Source: Methanothrix sp. (GTDB lineage: Archaea; Halobacteriota; Methanosarcinia; Methanotrichales; Methanotrichaceae). Taken from it: a DNA stretch of 64,000 bases. Under the pieces are notes generated by a model, which worked only from the letters and a program-made list of their open reading frames with translations, was not told where the DNA came from and searched no databases. This document shows positions 1 through 10,245 of this stretch, piece by piece. The stretch spans positions 928,001 to 992,000 of the forward strand of contig OY821645.1 of assembly GCA_963682135.1 (NCBI GenBank), written 5' to 3'. The position numbers and the translations under genes were made by a program. Position 1 is the first letter of the stretch; every line of letters begins with the position of its first letter.

Positions 1-1063
1 GCAGGGCATATTCACCATGTCTGTAGTGGCTGATTTTTCCAATGCGCGTGTCACTGCCAGCGAGCTGCAGGCATGGCTGCAAAGAAAGGCCGAGGATCTC
101 GGCATTCAATTCAACTTCCTGCCCCTGGGCCAGTACCGGGGCCGGCGCAAAGCGAAGAAAAGCCTGCACGTGGTCACCATTCTGGCCAAAGACCGGCCAG
201 GCATCATCCGCGATGCGGCAAACGTTGCTGCTGGAAATGTTGTGAACATCGAAAGGGCATCGGTAACGGCTCGGGGCGATCTCATCTCTATCGAATTTAT
301 TATGGACTTTTCCGAGTGCGATGAAGATAATTGCAAAGCCAGGCTGAAGAAGGATTGTGAGCTTCTGGGGCTGGATGTGGTGATTCAGGATCTGGGCCGC
401 TCACGCAAAGAGAAGCGGCTCATCGTTTTTGATATGGACATGACCATTGTCGATTTTGAGATCATCAACAAGCTGGCGGGGTTTGCAGGAGTAGACGAGC
501 AGGTAAAAGCGATTACTGAGAAGGCCATGAACGGGGAGATGGACTTCAAGGAGTCGCTGCGCCAGAGGGTGCGCCTCCTCAAGGGGATGCCTGAGAGGTC
601 CTTGCAGGAGATTGCATCAGATCTGCAGCTTACCCCCGGATCTGAGGAGCTTTTGCATCACCTCAAGCACTTAGGCTACAAGATCGCACTCATCAGCGGC
701 GGATTTACCTATTTTACCGATGTGCTCAAAGAGCAGCTGGGCTTCGACTACACCTTTGCCAATGAGCTGGAGATTGAGAACGGCTTTCTCACCGGCGAGA
801 TCAAGGGGGATATCATCGATGCTGAGGCCAAGGGGGGCATCATCTACCGGCTGGCAGAGCTGGAGAATATCAGCCCGGACAGCATAGTGGCCGTGGGCGA
901 CGGAGCTAACGACTGTCTGATGATCAAGAACGCTGGCCTTGGTGTGGCCTTCAATGCCAAAGAGGTTCTGAAGAAGGTATCCGACGGCTCACTGTCCCGG
1001 GAGAACCTGCTGGGGCTGCTCAATGTGCTGGGCCTGGCAGAGAAGGATAAAGAAATACCTTGA
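1..1063 (+). CDS. serB: Phosphoserine phosphatase SerB with ACT domains (5'-truncated by window)
   Basis: HAD motifs FDMDMT and GDGAND; ACT-like DRPGII; frame is open from the window start (QGIFTMSVV). Confidence 0.93.
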   Translation, partial: QGIFTMSVVADFSNARVTASELQAWLQRKAEDLGIQFNFLPLGQYRGRRKAKKSLHVVTILAKDRPGIIRDAANVAAGNVVNIERASVTARGDLISIEFIMDFSECDEDNCKARLKKDCELLGLDVVIQDLGRSRKEKRLIVFDMDMTIVDFEIINKLAGFAGVDEQVKAITEKAMNGEMDFKESLRQRVRLLKGMPERSLQEIASDLQLTPGSEELLHHLKHLGYKIALISGGFTYFTDVLKEQLGFDYTFANELEIENGFLTGEIKGDIIDAEAKGGIIYRLAELENISPDSIVAVGDGANDCLMIKNAGLGVAFNAKEVLKKVSDGSLSRENLLGLLNVLGLAEKDKEIP

Positions 1064-1099
1064 TTTGATTGAGAGACACTCACAGCACTTCCCTGGTGG

Positions 1100-1250
1100 C
1101 AGCGCCGAGCTGGGCCTTTTCGGAGAGGATGGCCAGGAACCTATCTCAGGGCCTGGGTGGAAGACGGATGGCTGGAGAAAGGCAAGTCAGTCACGCTGCG
1201 CCCGAACCTGTAGTTTATCGGCAAAATATCGGCAGCTTATCGGCAACGAT
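1100..1250 (+). pseudogene. Frameshifted remnant resembling the C-terminal wHTH tail of Fic-family proteins
   Basis: Peptides across different frames join into AELG.SERMARNL...AWVEDGWLE...SRCARTCSLSAKYRQLIG; recognised from memory only. Confidence 0.4.
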
Positions 1251-2000
1251 TCAGAGAAGAGCGGAGAACAATTAAAGATGTAGTTAAATAAATAATTTTC
1301 AGTTAATCTGCCCGAAGAAAATCTCGATCAAAAGTGGCAATCTGTTTGATGTCATTAAATATTCCTCCAATCTCGCTCCCAGGAAAAAGAGCTTGTGGAC
1401 AGAGAGGTGGCGAGGCAGGCAATGGCGGACTGGATCACTGGCTTGAGACGGATCTGGAGAGAATGATTAATCAGCTGATGATGTTGGATTTATTTTTGAT
1501 GAATACCTCGCAGCTTGCTGCGCGGGTGCGCCGCCGCAATTTCACTTGCATCTCATGGATGGTTAATCTGTGCGATACAAAAACGCTTTCATCTCATACA
1601 TGCGACACAAATCATTGTTCTGGGGAGGTAAGCCTGGCCAGGCAGCCTATTGCAGATGGATTTGAGCACCCTGACTCACTAAAGCTTCTGCTTTAACGCA
1701 GAGGCTCGCAAGAATTTCAGCTTGGAGCAAATTTGCGCGTCATCCGTGACGCACAAATTGGTTTGTGCGACATATTTGGCGAAATATGACGCGCAGATAA
1801 ATTTAAATGAAATCTATGACACAATGAGATAATCAATTGGTCAGACTCCCAGAAATTGGCATCTTTTCACAAATATATCTCGAATCCAAGGAGTATTATC
1901 TCTTGAACATCATTGGCCGATGCGAGGGTGTTCTCTTTCCGGATAGTCAAGTTATTAAGCTAGGAGAACAAAAGAAAAGCTCCAAAATTCGTATCGCTCG

Positions 2001-2020
2001 GAAAAAGCATTTATACTTGT
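2001..2020 (+). promoter_or_regulatory. Probable BRE/TATA of the rps19e operon
   Basis: gaaaaagcatTTATActtg about 60 nt upstream of the rps19e start. Confidence 0.5.
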
Positions 2021-2071
2021 TTCTGCGTAAGGGTTCTGGTTTGTTCCTTATCATTTGGAGGATTGAAGGAT

Positions 2072-2536
2072 TTGACAACTGTTTACGACGTACCTCCCCA
2101 TGACTTAATAGCTGCCGTGGCCCAGGAGCTAAAGGCGGCGGGCAAGGTTCAGCCCCCGGAATGGGCTGAGTTTGCCAAGACTGGGGTAAATAGAGAGATG
2201 CCCCCCACGAACCCAGATTGGTGGTTTGTGCGGTGCGCATCAGTATTGCGCAGGATATACATCGACGGCCCGGTGGGCGTTTCCCGCCTTAGAAGCTTCT
2301 ACGGCGGAAAGCACCGCAAGGGTGTAGCTACTGGATTCTTCTGCAAAGGCAGCGGCTCAGTGGCAAGAGAGTCACTGCAGCAACTGGAGAAGGCCGGCTA
2401 CGTGAAGAAGCTGAAGAAAGGACGCCAAATGACCCCGGCAGGTCAGGCATACCTTGATGGAGTAGCCCATAAGATAAGAAGCCAGATGCAAGGCTCTTCT
2501 GCACCAGCAGCAGAACCTGCTGTCGAATCGACATAA
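2072..2536 (+). CDS. rps19e: 30S ribosomal protein S19e
   Basis: TTVYDVP...PEWAEFAKTG...DWWFVRCASVLRRIY; TTG start at 2072. Confidence 0.97.
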   Translation: MTTVYDVPPHDLIAAVAQELKAAGKVQPPEWAEFAKTGVNREMPPTNPDWWFVRCASVLRRIYIDGPVGVSRLRSFYGGKHRKGVATGFFCKGSGSVARESLQQLEKAGYVKKLKKGRQMTPAGQAYLDGVAHKIRSQMQGSSAPAAEPAVEST

Positions 2537-2561
2537 AGCTTAAGCGAGGAAAGGAAAAAGT

Positions 2562-2903
2562 ATGGCTGATGATGAGCTTGCAGATTTAAGACGAAAGAGG
2601 ATGGACCAGATCCAAAAACAGCAGGTGGATTCGCAGATGGCTGCGGCTCAACAAGAGCAGGCCCAACAAGAGATGGAAGCCAAAAAAGCATCCTTGATGA
2701 GGACCATTCTCACTCCCGAAGCAAGGGACCGGCTCAATGCAATACGCATGACCAAGCCTGAGTTCGTCGCTCAGATTGAAGGTCAGCTCATCATGCTTGC
2801 TCAAAGCGGCAGGCTGAGGGGCGCAATCACAGACGAACAACTCAAGGCGATCCTCAAGCAGGCACAGCCCAAGAAGCGAGACATCACCATAACCAGGAGA
2901 TAA
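2562..2903 (+). CDS. PDCD5-family DNA-binding protein
   Basis: [19 protein letters not shown] motif; conserved position after rps19e. Confidence 0.93.
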   Translation: MADDELADLRRKRMDQIQKQQVDSQMAAAQQEQAQQEMEAKKASLMRTILTPEARDRLNAIRMTKPEFVAQIEGQLIMLAQSGRLRGAITDEQLKAILKQAQPKKRDITITRR

Positions 2904-2928
2904 AGCGGCTGATAGCTGTAGGCAGTTC

Positions 2929-3585
2929 ATGAAGGTTGCAGTCTTGTTTTCCGGCGGAAAAGATAGCAGCCTGGCGGCTCTTCTTCTCGAACCGTTCTTT
3001 GACGAGATAGAGCTTGTCACCTTCAGCTTCGGCCATGATGATACCTGGATGAGAGCGGCTGATGCCGCACGAGAGCTTGACCATCCCCATAGGAGGATGG
3101 TATTTGTTGATGGCGTCCTGGAGCAGGCCCTGGAGATACTGCTTCGCACGGGCTATCCCAACGATGCTCTCAATTATGTTCATCCTATTGCAGTAGAAAC
3201 AATAGCTAAAGAGTGCGAATTTGTGGCGGACGGGACGAGGCGGGATGATCGCGCACCCAAAATGGGTTTCAGCGCCATTCGAAGCCTGGAAGACCGGTTG
3301 CATATGCAATACTTAAGACCCCTGGCGGGCCTGGGTCAAAAGACCATCCGGGCCATGGCCTCGCGCTATTTGGACTTCGAGGAAGAGCTATCCGAGAGGT
3401 ATCCTGCCTCAGACTTTGAGGTGGGCCTGAGATATGCGCTAAAAGAGAGATGCGGCCAGGCTAAGGTCGATGAGATTTTCCCCTCCAATCATACGCACAC
3501 CAGAGTCATTCGGAGGAAGAGATATGTCCAAGAAATTAAAGGGCAAGAAGATCAGGCTTGCCAAGGCGTTCAATCAGAATCGTAG
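2929..3585 (+). CDS. PP-loop (adenine nucleotide alpha-hydrolase) family protein
   Basis: [12 protein letters not shown] and ADGTRRDD motifs; conserved operon position. Confidence 0.88.
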   Translation: MKVAVLFSGGKDSSLAALLLEPFFDEIELVTFSFGHDDTWMRAADAARELDHPHRRMVFVDGVLEQALEILLRTGYPNDALNYVHPIAVETIAKECEFVADGTRRDDRAPKMGFSAIRSLEDRLHMQYLRPLAGLGQKTIRAMASRYLDFEEELSERYPASDFEVGLRYALKERCGQAKVDEIFPSNHTHTRVIRRKRYVQEIKGQEDQACQGVQSES

Positions 3586-3676
3586 GGTACCCTCCTGGGT
3601 TATTGTCAAGACCATGAGGCAGGTAGTCACTCATCCCAAGAGACGACATTGGAGAAGAAGCAGCTTAGAGAGATAG
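3524..3676 (+). CDS. rpl39e: 50S ribosomal protein L39e
   Basis: [25 protein letters not shown]...[12 protein letters not shown]. Confidence 0.96.
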   Translation: MSKKLKGKKIRLAKAFNQNRRVPSWVIVKTMRQVVTHPKRRHWRRSSLER

Positions 3677-3678
3677 AC

Positions 3679-3945
3679 ATGGCGGACACAGAAAGAGTTT
3701 ACACTATACCCCTGGGCATAGTCAAGTGCGCTCCCATTTACAGAAGGTCCAACCGGGCCATAACCGAGATCAGAAGCTACCTCGCCCGGCATATGAAAGT
3801 AGCAAAGAATAACATAAAGATCGACCCCGGCCTGAGCGAAGTCATCTGGGCCAGAGGCGATATGAAGCCTCCCCGGCGCGTAAGGGTACGCGCAGTCAAG
3901 TTCGAAGACGGCGGAGTTGAGGCGGAGTTTGCTGGTGACAGATAA
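3679..3945 (+). CDS. rpl31e: 50S ribosomal protein L31e
   Basis: ERVYTIPL...RSNRAI...IWARG..KPPRRVRV. Confidence 0.96.
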   Translation: MADTERVYTIPLGIVKCAPIYRRSNRAITEIRSYLARHMKVAKNNIKIDPGLSEVIWARGDMKPPRRVRVRAVKFEDGGVEAEFAGDR

Positions 3946-4600
3946 GCGAATAAAGATAGCAGGAAGCAGCCTTATCGGAGTATTTGCCAAATGCACGGAG
4001 AAGGTTCTCCTCGTGCCGCAGGAAGTTGGCGAAGCCGATAGGCAAGTTCTCGAAGCCGGGCTGAAAGTGCCGGCGGTGCAGGTACTGGCCGGAGTAGGCT
4101 CCGTCTTGGGTTCCCTGGTCGCGGCCAACAGCAATGGCTTCGTGGTAACCCATCATGCCGGCAATGAAGAGATCGAGATTCTTCGCGAACATGGCCGGGT
4201 AGCTAGGCTGCCGGCCAGGATCAATGCCGCAGGCAATGTGATACTGGTCAACGACAGCGCTGCTCTGGTCCATGCGGAGCTGTCCGGCAGGGCTTGCGAA
4301 ACGATAGAGCAGACCCTGGGCGTGAAAGTGGAAAAAGGCACCATCGGCGGCCTCAAGACCGTGGGGATGGCGGGTGTCGCAACCAACAAAGGGCTTCTTG
4401 TGCATCCACGCGTCTCTGAAGAGGAGATAGCCGTCCTGGAGAGGCTCTTTGAGTTGCCTGTGGATGTGGGCACAGTGAACCTCGGCTCGCCGCTGGTGGG
4501 CTCAGGAGTGCTGGCCAACAGCCACGGTTACTTCGCAGGTGTTGGAACCTCCGGCCCGGAGCTGGGGCGCATCGAGGACGCGTTAGGCTTCCTGGTTTGA
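3935..4600 (+). CDS. eif6: Translation initiation factor 6 (aIF6)
   Basis: IGVFA, LVAANSNG, GTVNLGSPLVGSG, TSGPELGRIEDALG. Confidence 0.96.
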   Translation: MTDKRIKIAGSSLIGVFAKCTEKVLLVPQEVGEADRQVLEAGLKVPAVQVLAGVGSVLGSLVAANSNGFVVTHHAGNEEIEILREHGRVARLPARINAAGNVILVNDSAALVHAELSGRACETIEQTLGVKVEKGTIGGLKTVGMAGVATNKGLLVHPRVSEEEIAVLERLFELPVDVGTVNLGSPLVGSGVLANSHGYFAGVGTSGPELGRIEDALGFLV

Positions 4601-4649
4601 TGATTTCAGTAACATTCCAGTAATTTTTGAAAATAGTAGGGGTGGAATA

Positions 4650-4838
4650 GTGAGCAAATTCGAGATCAAAGGAAAGTACAAGGGAGGACTTGTCGGCAAG
4701 ACCTGGCTGCCCTTTAGCAAGGTTGTAGAGAGCCAGAACGAGAAGAATGCCGAAAATAAAGTCTATTCCCTCATGGGAAGCGAACACGGCCTGAAGAGAG
4801 GCCTCATCAAGATAGACGAGGTGTTGGCTGTTGAGTAG
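4650..4838 (+). CDS. rpl18a: 50S ribosomal protein L18Ae (LX/eL20)
   Basis: PFSKVVES.NEKNA..KVYSLMGSEHGLKR..IKI. Confidence 0.93.
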   Translation: MSKFEIKGKYKGGLVGKTWLPFSKVVESQNEKNAENKVYSLMGSEHGLKRGLIKIDEVLAVE

Positions 4839-5307
4839 CGCTCCTGGAGGCGAGGAGGAAGTCAGAAGACTCCTGGCCGCATATCAGCAGTATCAGGCTC
4901 AGGCGGACGGCATCATGCAGCAGCTAAACCTGACGCAGATCACCGCCGAGGGCCTGGAAAGGGCACTGATTGCAGTAGAGGCCCTGGACACGGCACAAGT
5001 AGGACAGGAGATTCTCGTCCCCATTGGATCGGGGTCTTTTATCCACGGAAACCTTGCCTCTAAGGAGAAAGTAGTCTTGAATGTAGGCGCGGGCGTCAGC
5101 ATCGAAAAGACCGCAGCCGAGGCCAAGGATATTCTGAAAGTAAGGAAGGCAGAGGTTCTTGAAGGATCAAAGAAGCTCAGTGAAGTGCTTGCCAAGATCG
5201 ATCAAGAGATGCAGAAGATCCAGGCCATAATGCAGCAATTTGAAGAGAGCGCAAATCAACATCAGCATCAACATCAACACGCCGCGGGGAGCGAAAGTAT
5301 TGTTTAG
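4831..5307 (+). CDS. pfdA: Prefoldin subunit alpha
   Basis: EILVPIGSGSFI and VLNVGAGVSIEK hairpins between coiled coils; QHQHQHQH tail. Confidence 0.95.
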   Translation: MSSAPGGEEEVRRLLAAYQQYQAQADGIMQQLNLTQITAEGLERALIAVEALDTAQVGQEILVPIGSGSFIHGNLASKEKVVLNVGAGVSIEKTAAEAKDILKVRKAEVLEGSKKLSEVLAKIDQEMQKIQAIMQQFEESANQHQHQHQHAAGSESIV

Positions 5308-6469
5308 TCGCTTCAAGGAGAAGCTTTCCGGCTTCAAAGAGGCATTGTCCTCCAAGATTGCCGAGAAGGTCTCCCAGGCCGAGAAGCTGGCCGGAAAGAA
5401 AGATGATGATAAAGAGATAAAAAGCCAGGCCAAAGCACTCCCTATGGCAGATAAGAATGCTGCCCAGGTGAAGTCTCCTGCGCCTGATGGGGCTTCATCT
5501 CGTGCCTCCCCAGCAAAGCCTTCTCTGTTTCCGGAAAAGACGACCGAAGCCAACAATAAGCCCAAGAGCCGTTTCTCCTTCCTGGAAAAGGCCAAGAGCC
5601 TGATATTTGAGCAGGAAGTAATCCTGGAAGAGAAGGATCTGGAGGAGCCCATGTGGGCCCTGGAGATGGCCCTCATGGAGAGCGACGTGGCCCTGCCCGT
5701 GGCGGAAGAGATAGTCAGAGAGGTCAAGAGCAATCTGGTGGGAATGAAGAGGAAGATCGGCGCGGACACAGGTGCCATCGCCGAGCAGTCCCTGCGAAAT
5801 GCTCTCTTGACGCTTCTTTCCAGGAACTATCTGGACTTTGACGAGTACATCAAGAGCAAAGAAAAGCCGGTCAAGATTCTCTTCGTTGGCGTGAACGGCA
5901 CGGGAAAGACGACCAGCATTGCCAAAGTTGCCAGGTATCTGATGAACCAGAGCTACTCCGTAGTCCTGGCGGCAGGCGATACCTTCCGAGCCGGAGCCAT
6001 TGAGCAGCTTGAGGTGCACGGCAATAGCCTGGGCCTAAAGGTCGTCAAGCACAAGACGGGCGGCGACCCGGCGGCTGTGATCTTTGATGCCGTGGAGTAT
6101 GCCAAGGCACACAACAAGGATGTAGTGCTGGCGGATACTGCCGGAAGGCTACATACCAACATCAATCTCATGGATCAAATGAGAAAGATCGTGCGCGTGA
6201 CAAAACCCGATCTGCTCATCTTCGTGGATGAAGCAATAGCCGGCAACGATGCTGTGGAGAGGGCGCGCCTCTTCAACGAGTCAGTGCCCATCGACGGCTC
6301 CATTCTCACCAAGACGGATGCCGACGCCAAAGGCGGCTCCGCAATCTCCATCGCCTACATCACAGGCAAGCCCGTGCTCTTTTTGGGCATAGGCCAGACC
6401 TATCCAGACCTGGTGAAGTTCGAGCCGGAGTGGCTGGTGGACAGGCTGATGGGAGAGGCGGAAACGTAG
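5300..6469 (+). CDS. ftsY: Signal recognition particle receptor FtsY
   Basis: [31 protein letters not shown] motifs; TTG start (MFSRFKEKL). Confidence 0.97.
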   Translation: MFSRFKEKLSGFKEALSSKIAEKVSQAEKLAGKKDDDKEIKSQAKALPMADKNAAQVKSPAPDGASSRASPAKPSLFPEKTTEANNKPKSRFSFLEKAKSLIFEQEVILEEKDLEEPMWALEMALMESDVALPVAEEIVREVKSNLVGMKRKIGADTGAIAEQSLRNALLTLLSRNYLDFDEYIKSKEKPVKILFVGVNGTGKTTSIAKVARYLMNQSYSVVLAAGDTFRAGAIEQLEVHGNSLGLKVVKHKTGGDPAAVIFDAVEYAKAHNKDVVLADTAGRLHTNINLMDQMRKIVRVTKPDLLIFVDEAIAGNDAVERARLFNESVPIDGSILTKTDADAKGGSAISIAYITGKPVLFLGIGQTYPDLVKFEPEWLVDRLMGEAET

Positions 6470-6485
6470 CGATTTATTCTTATTT

Positions 6486-7662
6486 TTAAGGTAGGACAAT
6501 CGCGGCATTAATGGCGTCCAAAGCCTCTTTATGGCGCCCAAGCTTATTGAGGGCAGTGGATTTGGTTGCCAAAGCTGATTTATCCTTAGGGTCTATTTTA
6601 ATAGTTTCCTCTGTACACTCAATGGCTAGCTCATATTTGCCCAATTCATTGAGTGCATTCCCTTTATTGGTCCAAGCTTGAGCGTACTGCGAGTTGATCT
6701 TTAGAGCCTGATCATATGCAACTATGGCCTCATCGTATATTGCCAATTGCGTCGAGAGCCAAACCTTTGTTATTCAAGGCTTGAGCATCCTTTGAATCGA
6801 TTTTTAAGGCTTGATCGTAGGCATCAATGGCTTCTTCATGCTTGCCTAGACCATCGAGAGCGCAGCCTTTGTTGCCCCAAGCTTCAGGGTATTGCGAATT
6901 GATCTTTAGAGCCTGATCATAAGCAATGATGGCTTCTTCGTTCTTGCCCAGACCATAGAGAGCATTGCCTTTGTTGTACCAAGCTTCTGCAAGCCGCGGA
7001 TTAATCTGGATGGCTCGATCGCAGGAAATGATGGCTTCCTCATGCTTGCTCTGGTAATTGAGAGCATTTCCTTTGTTATTCCAAGCTTCAGCAAACTGCG
7101 AATCGATCTGGATAGCTTGATCGAAGGCAATGATAGCTTGCTCATACTTGCCCAGTTCGATCAAAGCAGTGCCTTCATTGTAGCAGGCATCCTCAAACTG
7201 CGGATTGATCTTGATAGCTTGGTCGTAGGCGATGATGGCTTCTTCATACTTGCTTTGACCATAGAGAGCATTGCCTTTATTGTACCAGGCTTCAGCAAAC
7301 TGTGGATTGATTTTTATTGCCAGATCACAGGCATCAATAGCACCCTCATAGTTGTTGAGATCATTGAGAGCTACGCCTTTGCCATTCCATGCATCGGCGA
7401 GTTGCGGATCGATATTTATCGCTTCATCCCATGCTTGAATGGCTTCTTCATATTCTCCTTGGTCGTACCGTTCGATGCCCCGATTAAACCAATCATCAGC
7501 TGTCCCTTTGTCGAGCCCAATGTTCAGTGTTTGCGGCGCGAATGCTGAATTCCCGCCCCAGGCAAATGCGGGCATACAAAGAAGCATCCCGACAAGAAAG
7601 ATGATAGTTAGAATATATCTCGTTAGCAGAATATCACCACCCAATCCTTGTATCTTTATCAA
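6486..7662 (-). pseudogene. Secreted TPR-repeat protein split by a 1-nt frameshift near 6738
   Basis: Signal peptide, then ~10 34-aa TPR units (AWxNKGxAL...YEEAIxAYDQA); GGC AAT ATA CGA TGA in place of the expected GGC AAA TAC GAT GAG. Confidence 0.8.
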
Positions 7663-7721
7663 TACTTAAAGATTGATACAGATAGTCCATCCTGAACTCT
7701 CAGCGTAACCCGCGTGATACC

Positions 7722-8335
7722 ATGACCGAAGAGCCGTCAAGATTCTCTTCGTTGGTGTGAACGGAACTGGAATGACGACTAGCATTGCCAAGGTTGCCAG
7801 GTATCTGATGAACCGGAGCTACTCCGTTGTCCTGGCCGCGGGCGATACCTTCCGAGCCGGAGCCATTGAGCAGCTTGAGGTGCACGGCAATAGCCTGGGC
7901 CTCAAGGTCGTCAAGCACAAGACGGGCGGCGACCCGGCGGCTGTGATCTTCGATGCCGTGGAGTATGCCAAGGCACACAACAAGGATGTGGTGCTGGCGG
8001 ATACTGCCGGAAGGCTGCATACCAACATCAATCTCATGGATCAGATGAGAAAGATCGTGCGCGTGACCAAACCCGATCTGCTCATCTTCGTAGATGAAGC
8101 AATAGCCGGCAACGATGCCGTGGAGAGGGCGCGCCTCTTCAACGAGTCGGTGCCCATCGACGGCTCCATTCTCACCAAGACGGATGCCGACGCCAAGGGC
8201 GGCTCCGCGATCTCCATCGCCTACATCACAGGCAAGCCCGTGCTCTTTTTGGGCATAGGCCAGACCTATCCAGACCTGGTGAAGTTCGAGCCGGAGTGGC
8301 TGGTGGACAGGCTGATGGGAGAGGCGGAAGCGTAA
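7722..8335 (+). pseudogene. ftsY: Second copy of the ftsY 3' half (GTPase domain only); Walker A K->M and 1-nt deletion near its start
   Basis: Nearly identical to 5866-6469 (about 23 substitutions counted by eye); GTGMTT instead of GTGKTT. Confidence 0.9.
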
Positions 8336-8445
8336 AAACAAGCAGCGCCCGCGCCGCCCGGAGCCCTGGGCATGCTCGAAACCGACCGGGAAGAGGGCGG
8401 TCGCAACTACTCCTGCGATCCGCACCCCAATCCCCACACCATCAT

Positions 8446-9222
8446 CTAAGCTATCAATTCCGGCAAGATCGGATCACGATTGCTCCAAACTACGGGCACA
8501 ATCTCGTAGCTTCGAAGCGCTTCGATTACTGATGGTGAGACCGCTCTTTCCGAATCATTAAGAAAGGCATACGCTTTTGAATCAGGCTTTCGCACTTCTC
8601 TCGTATCCATCCAGGAGAAAGCTAGAGCTTGTGCTTCATTTTTATCCGGACGATTGATTGCCTGAAGGATTCTTTCCGGTGCCTGGCGATATTTGGGTAT
8701 CACTGCATCAAAGAGATGATCATAACCGCTTTTGCCCGCAAATTTTACATTTGGAATAAAGCGAATATAATTTTGTTCCAACCAGGCCACGAAATCTTCC
8801 AGGAATAGGCTGATAACATTGGGCTTGGCCAGATAGAATAGGTCGTTTACAGCCAGCATAGCCTGAATCAGGTTGTGCTTCTTTAGAGGAAAATTCTCTG
8901 GAGAGGCTGTGACCTGGAGCATTCTGCCTTCAACAAGCTTGACACCAAAGCCATTTAGAGTCATATTGAGCAGCTCCGACCTCTTTGGCGTGTCAAGATC
9001 GCATCCCGACTGCATGAGATCCTGCAGAATATATCCGTCATCTGTCATGAGATAGCTGCCGTTTTGTCTCCTGGCGTAGATCTGCAGATAATCGTTATGC
9101 CTATCAAGATATGGTGTAGTAATCTCGAACCAATCATCAACTCTGCGAAGGGTTATCTTGGCTCTGAGCCAGGATGTATAATCATCCATTAATTGTTGGA
9201 CTTCAGTGGTCGTAATAATCAA
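8446..9222 (-). CDS. DUF1828/DUF1829 domain protein (C-terminal PD-(D/E)XK-like region)
   Basis: EITTPYLDRHNDYLQIY..MTDDGY and GKSGYDHLFDAVIP...AFSWMDT...FLND motifs. Confidence 0.78.
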   Translation of the reverse strand: MIITTTEVQQLMDDYTSWLRAKITLRRVDDWFEITTPYLDRHNDYLQIYARRQNGSYLMTDDGYILQDLMQSGCDLDTPKRSELLNMTLNGFGVKLVEGRMLQVTASPENFPLKKHNLIQAMLAVNDLFYLAKPNVISLFLEDFVAWLEQNYIRFIPNVKFAGKSGYDHLFDAVIPKYRQAPERILQAINRPDKNEAQALAFSWMDTREVRKPDSKAYAFLNDSERAVSPSVIEALRSYEIVPVVWSNRDPILPELIA

Positions 9223-9661
9223 CCCCCTTCTGAATATCAGGTGGGCGAGTCACATTGCAGCATTTCATAAAGTCTTGAAGCGTCTGCCAGAGATCCGCGA
9301 TATTTGCAAATTGATTCGATTGCAGTGGCTCAGCAAAACGGTCTCCATATCCTTCCCGATATTTGTGAAGGTGGGGACAGGATATTTCCTGACCATCGGG
9401 ATTACGATGAGGCGGACCGTTCAGGTCCAGACGCATTAGAACTACAATGACCTTTGCCCGATTCTGATATGTTGCCTTAAGGCGGTTGATCCTTCCTCGA
9501 CTTATATCAAGCCAAAAAGATTCCCTCTGATCTTCAGAAATTAGAGGGACAACGATAGAACCGCCTACTCCAGGAAAATGGAACTCATCCTCATTGGCTC
9601 TATGTTTTGGCATAGCAATGAGCAAATCTGCCTCATTCTGGGTTAGATCAAGATCTGACAT
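9203..9661 (-). CDS. DUF6978-like protein, overlapping the DUF1828/1829 gene
   Basis: LTQNEADLLIAMPK...LMRLDLNGPPHRNPDG..ISCPHLHKYREGYGD. Confidence 0.72.
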   Translation of the reverse strand: MSDLDLTQNEADLLIAMPKHRANEDEFHFPGVGGSIVVPLISEDQRESFWLDISRGRINRLKATYQNRAKVIVVLMRLDLNGPPHRNPDGQEISCPHLHKYREGYGDRFAEPLQSNQFANIADLWQTLQDFMKCCNVTRPPDIQKGVDYYDH

Positions 9662-9776
9662 CAGTAAATGATATTAATTTGGTGAATATGGATATATCTT
9701 TTGGTGTGGCAAATTTCAGACGGCGAAATCCATCGAATTTTTTTGACCCTGCGCCCTTAAGACAGGAGTCAGCCAC

Positions 9777-10004
9777 GGCCTCAAGGTCGTCAAGCACAAA
9801 ACGGGCGGCGACCCGGCAGCTGTGATCTTTGATGTAGTGGAGACGGCGCGCCTCTTCAACTAGTCGGTGCCCATCGACGGCTCCATTCTCACCAAGACGG
9901 ATGCCGACGCCAAAGGCGGCTCTGCGATCTCCATCGCCTACATCACAGGCAAGCCCGTGCTCTTTTTGGGCATTGGCCGGACCTATCCGGACCTGGTGAA
10001 GTTC
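9777..10004 (+). pseudogene. ftsY: Third, more decayed ftsY 3' fragment (internal ~162-bp deletion, stop codon)
   Basis: Matches ftsY 6032-6097 joined to 6248-6421; AAC TAG replaces AAC GAG. Confidence 0.88.
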
Positions 10005-10127
10005 ACCCATGCCCAACTGGATTCCCGCGTCACCTGTGCAAGAGCTTGCCTGGTAAGTTTTGTCCATCCAGACGGCTCCACGCGCGCAGCCGGAACCAGA
10101 GGCGTGGACGCGGCGCAGGCGAGCGGC

Positions 10128-10245
10128 TGGCCCGCTGCCCCACAAATACCTTCAAGCCGGAGACTGCCCCGAACCTCGGCTAAACAGCCTTTGTGCGTCC
10201 TTTGTGGCTTTGTGCCTTTGTGGTTAGCGTAACTTTTAGGTTATA
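10128..10245. repeat. 118-bp direct repeat, copy 1 (four CTTTGTG units)
   Basis: Aligns with 11365-11482; the last ~78 bp differ at only 3 positions. Confidence 0.9.

Noticed and set aside
5257-5280. CA(A/G)CAT microsatellite in pfdA
   Set aside because: In-frame low-complexity QH tail; not a phase-variation signal.
10190-10225. CTTTGTG tandem units as a CRISPR array
   Set aside because: Units are 7-11 bp with no spacers and no cas genes.
10165-10245. Canonical integron attC site
   Set aside because: GTTAGGT occurs in only one copy, there is no matching RYYYAAC box and no IntI in the window; kept only as a recombination-site candidate.
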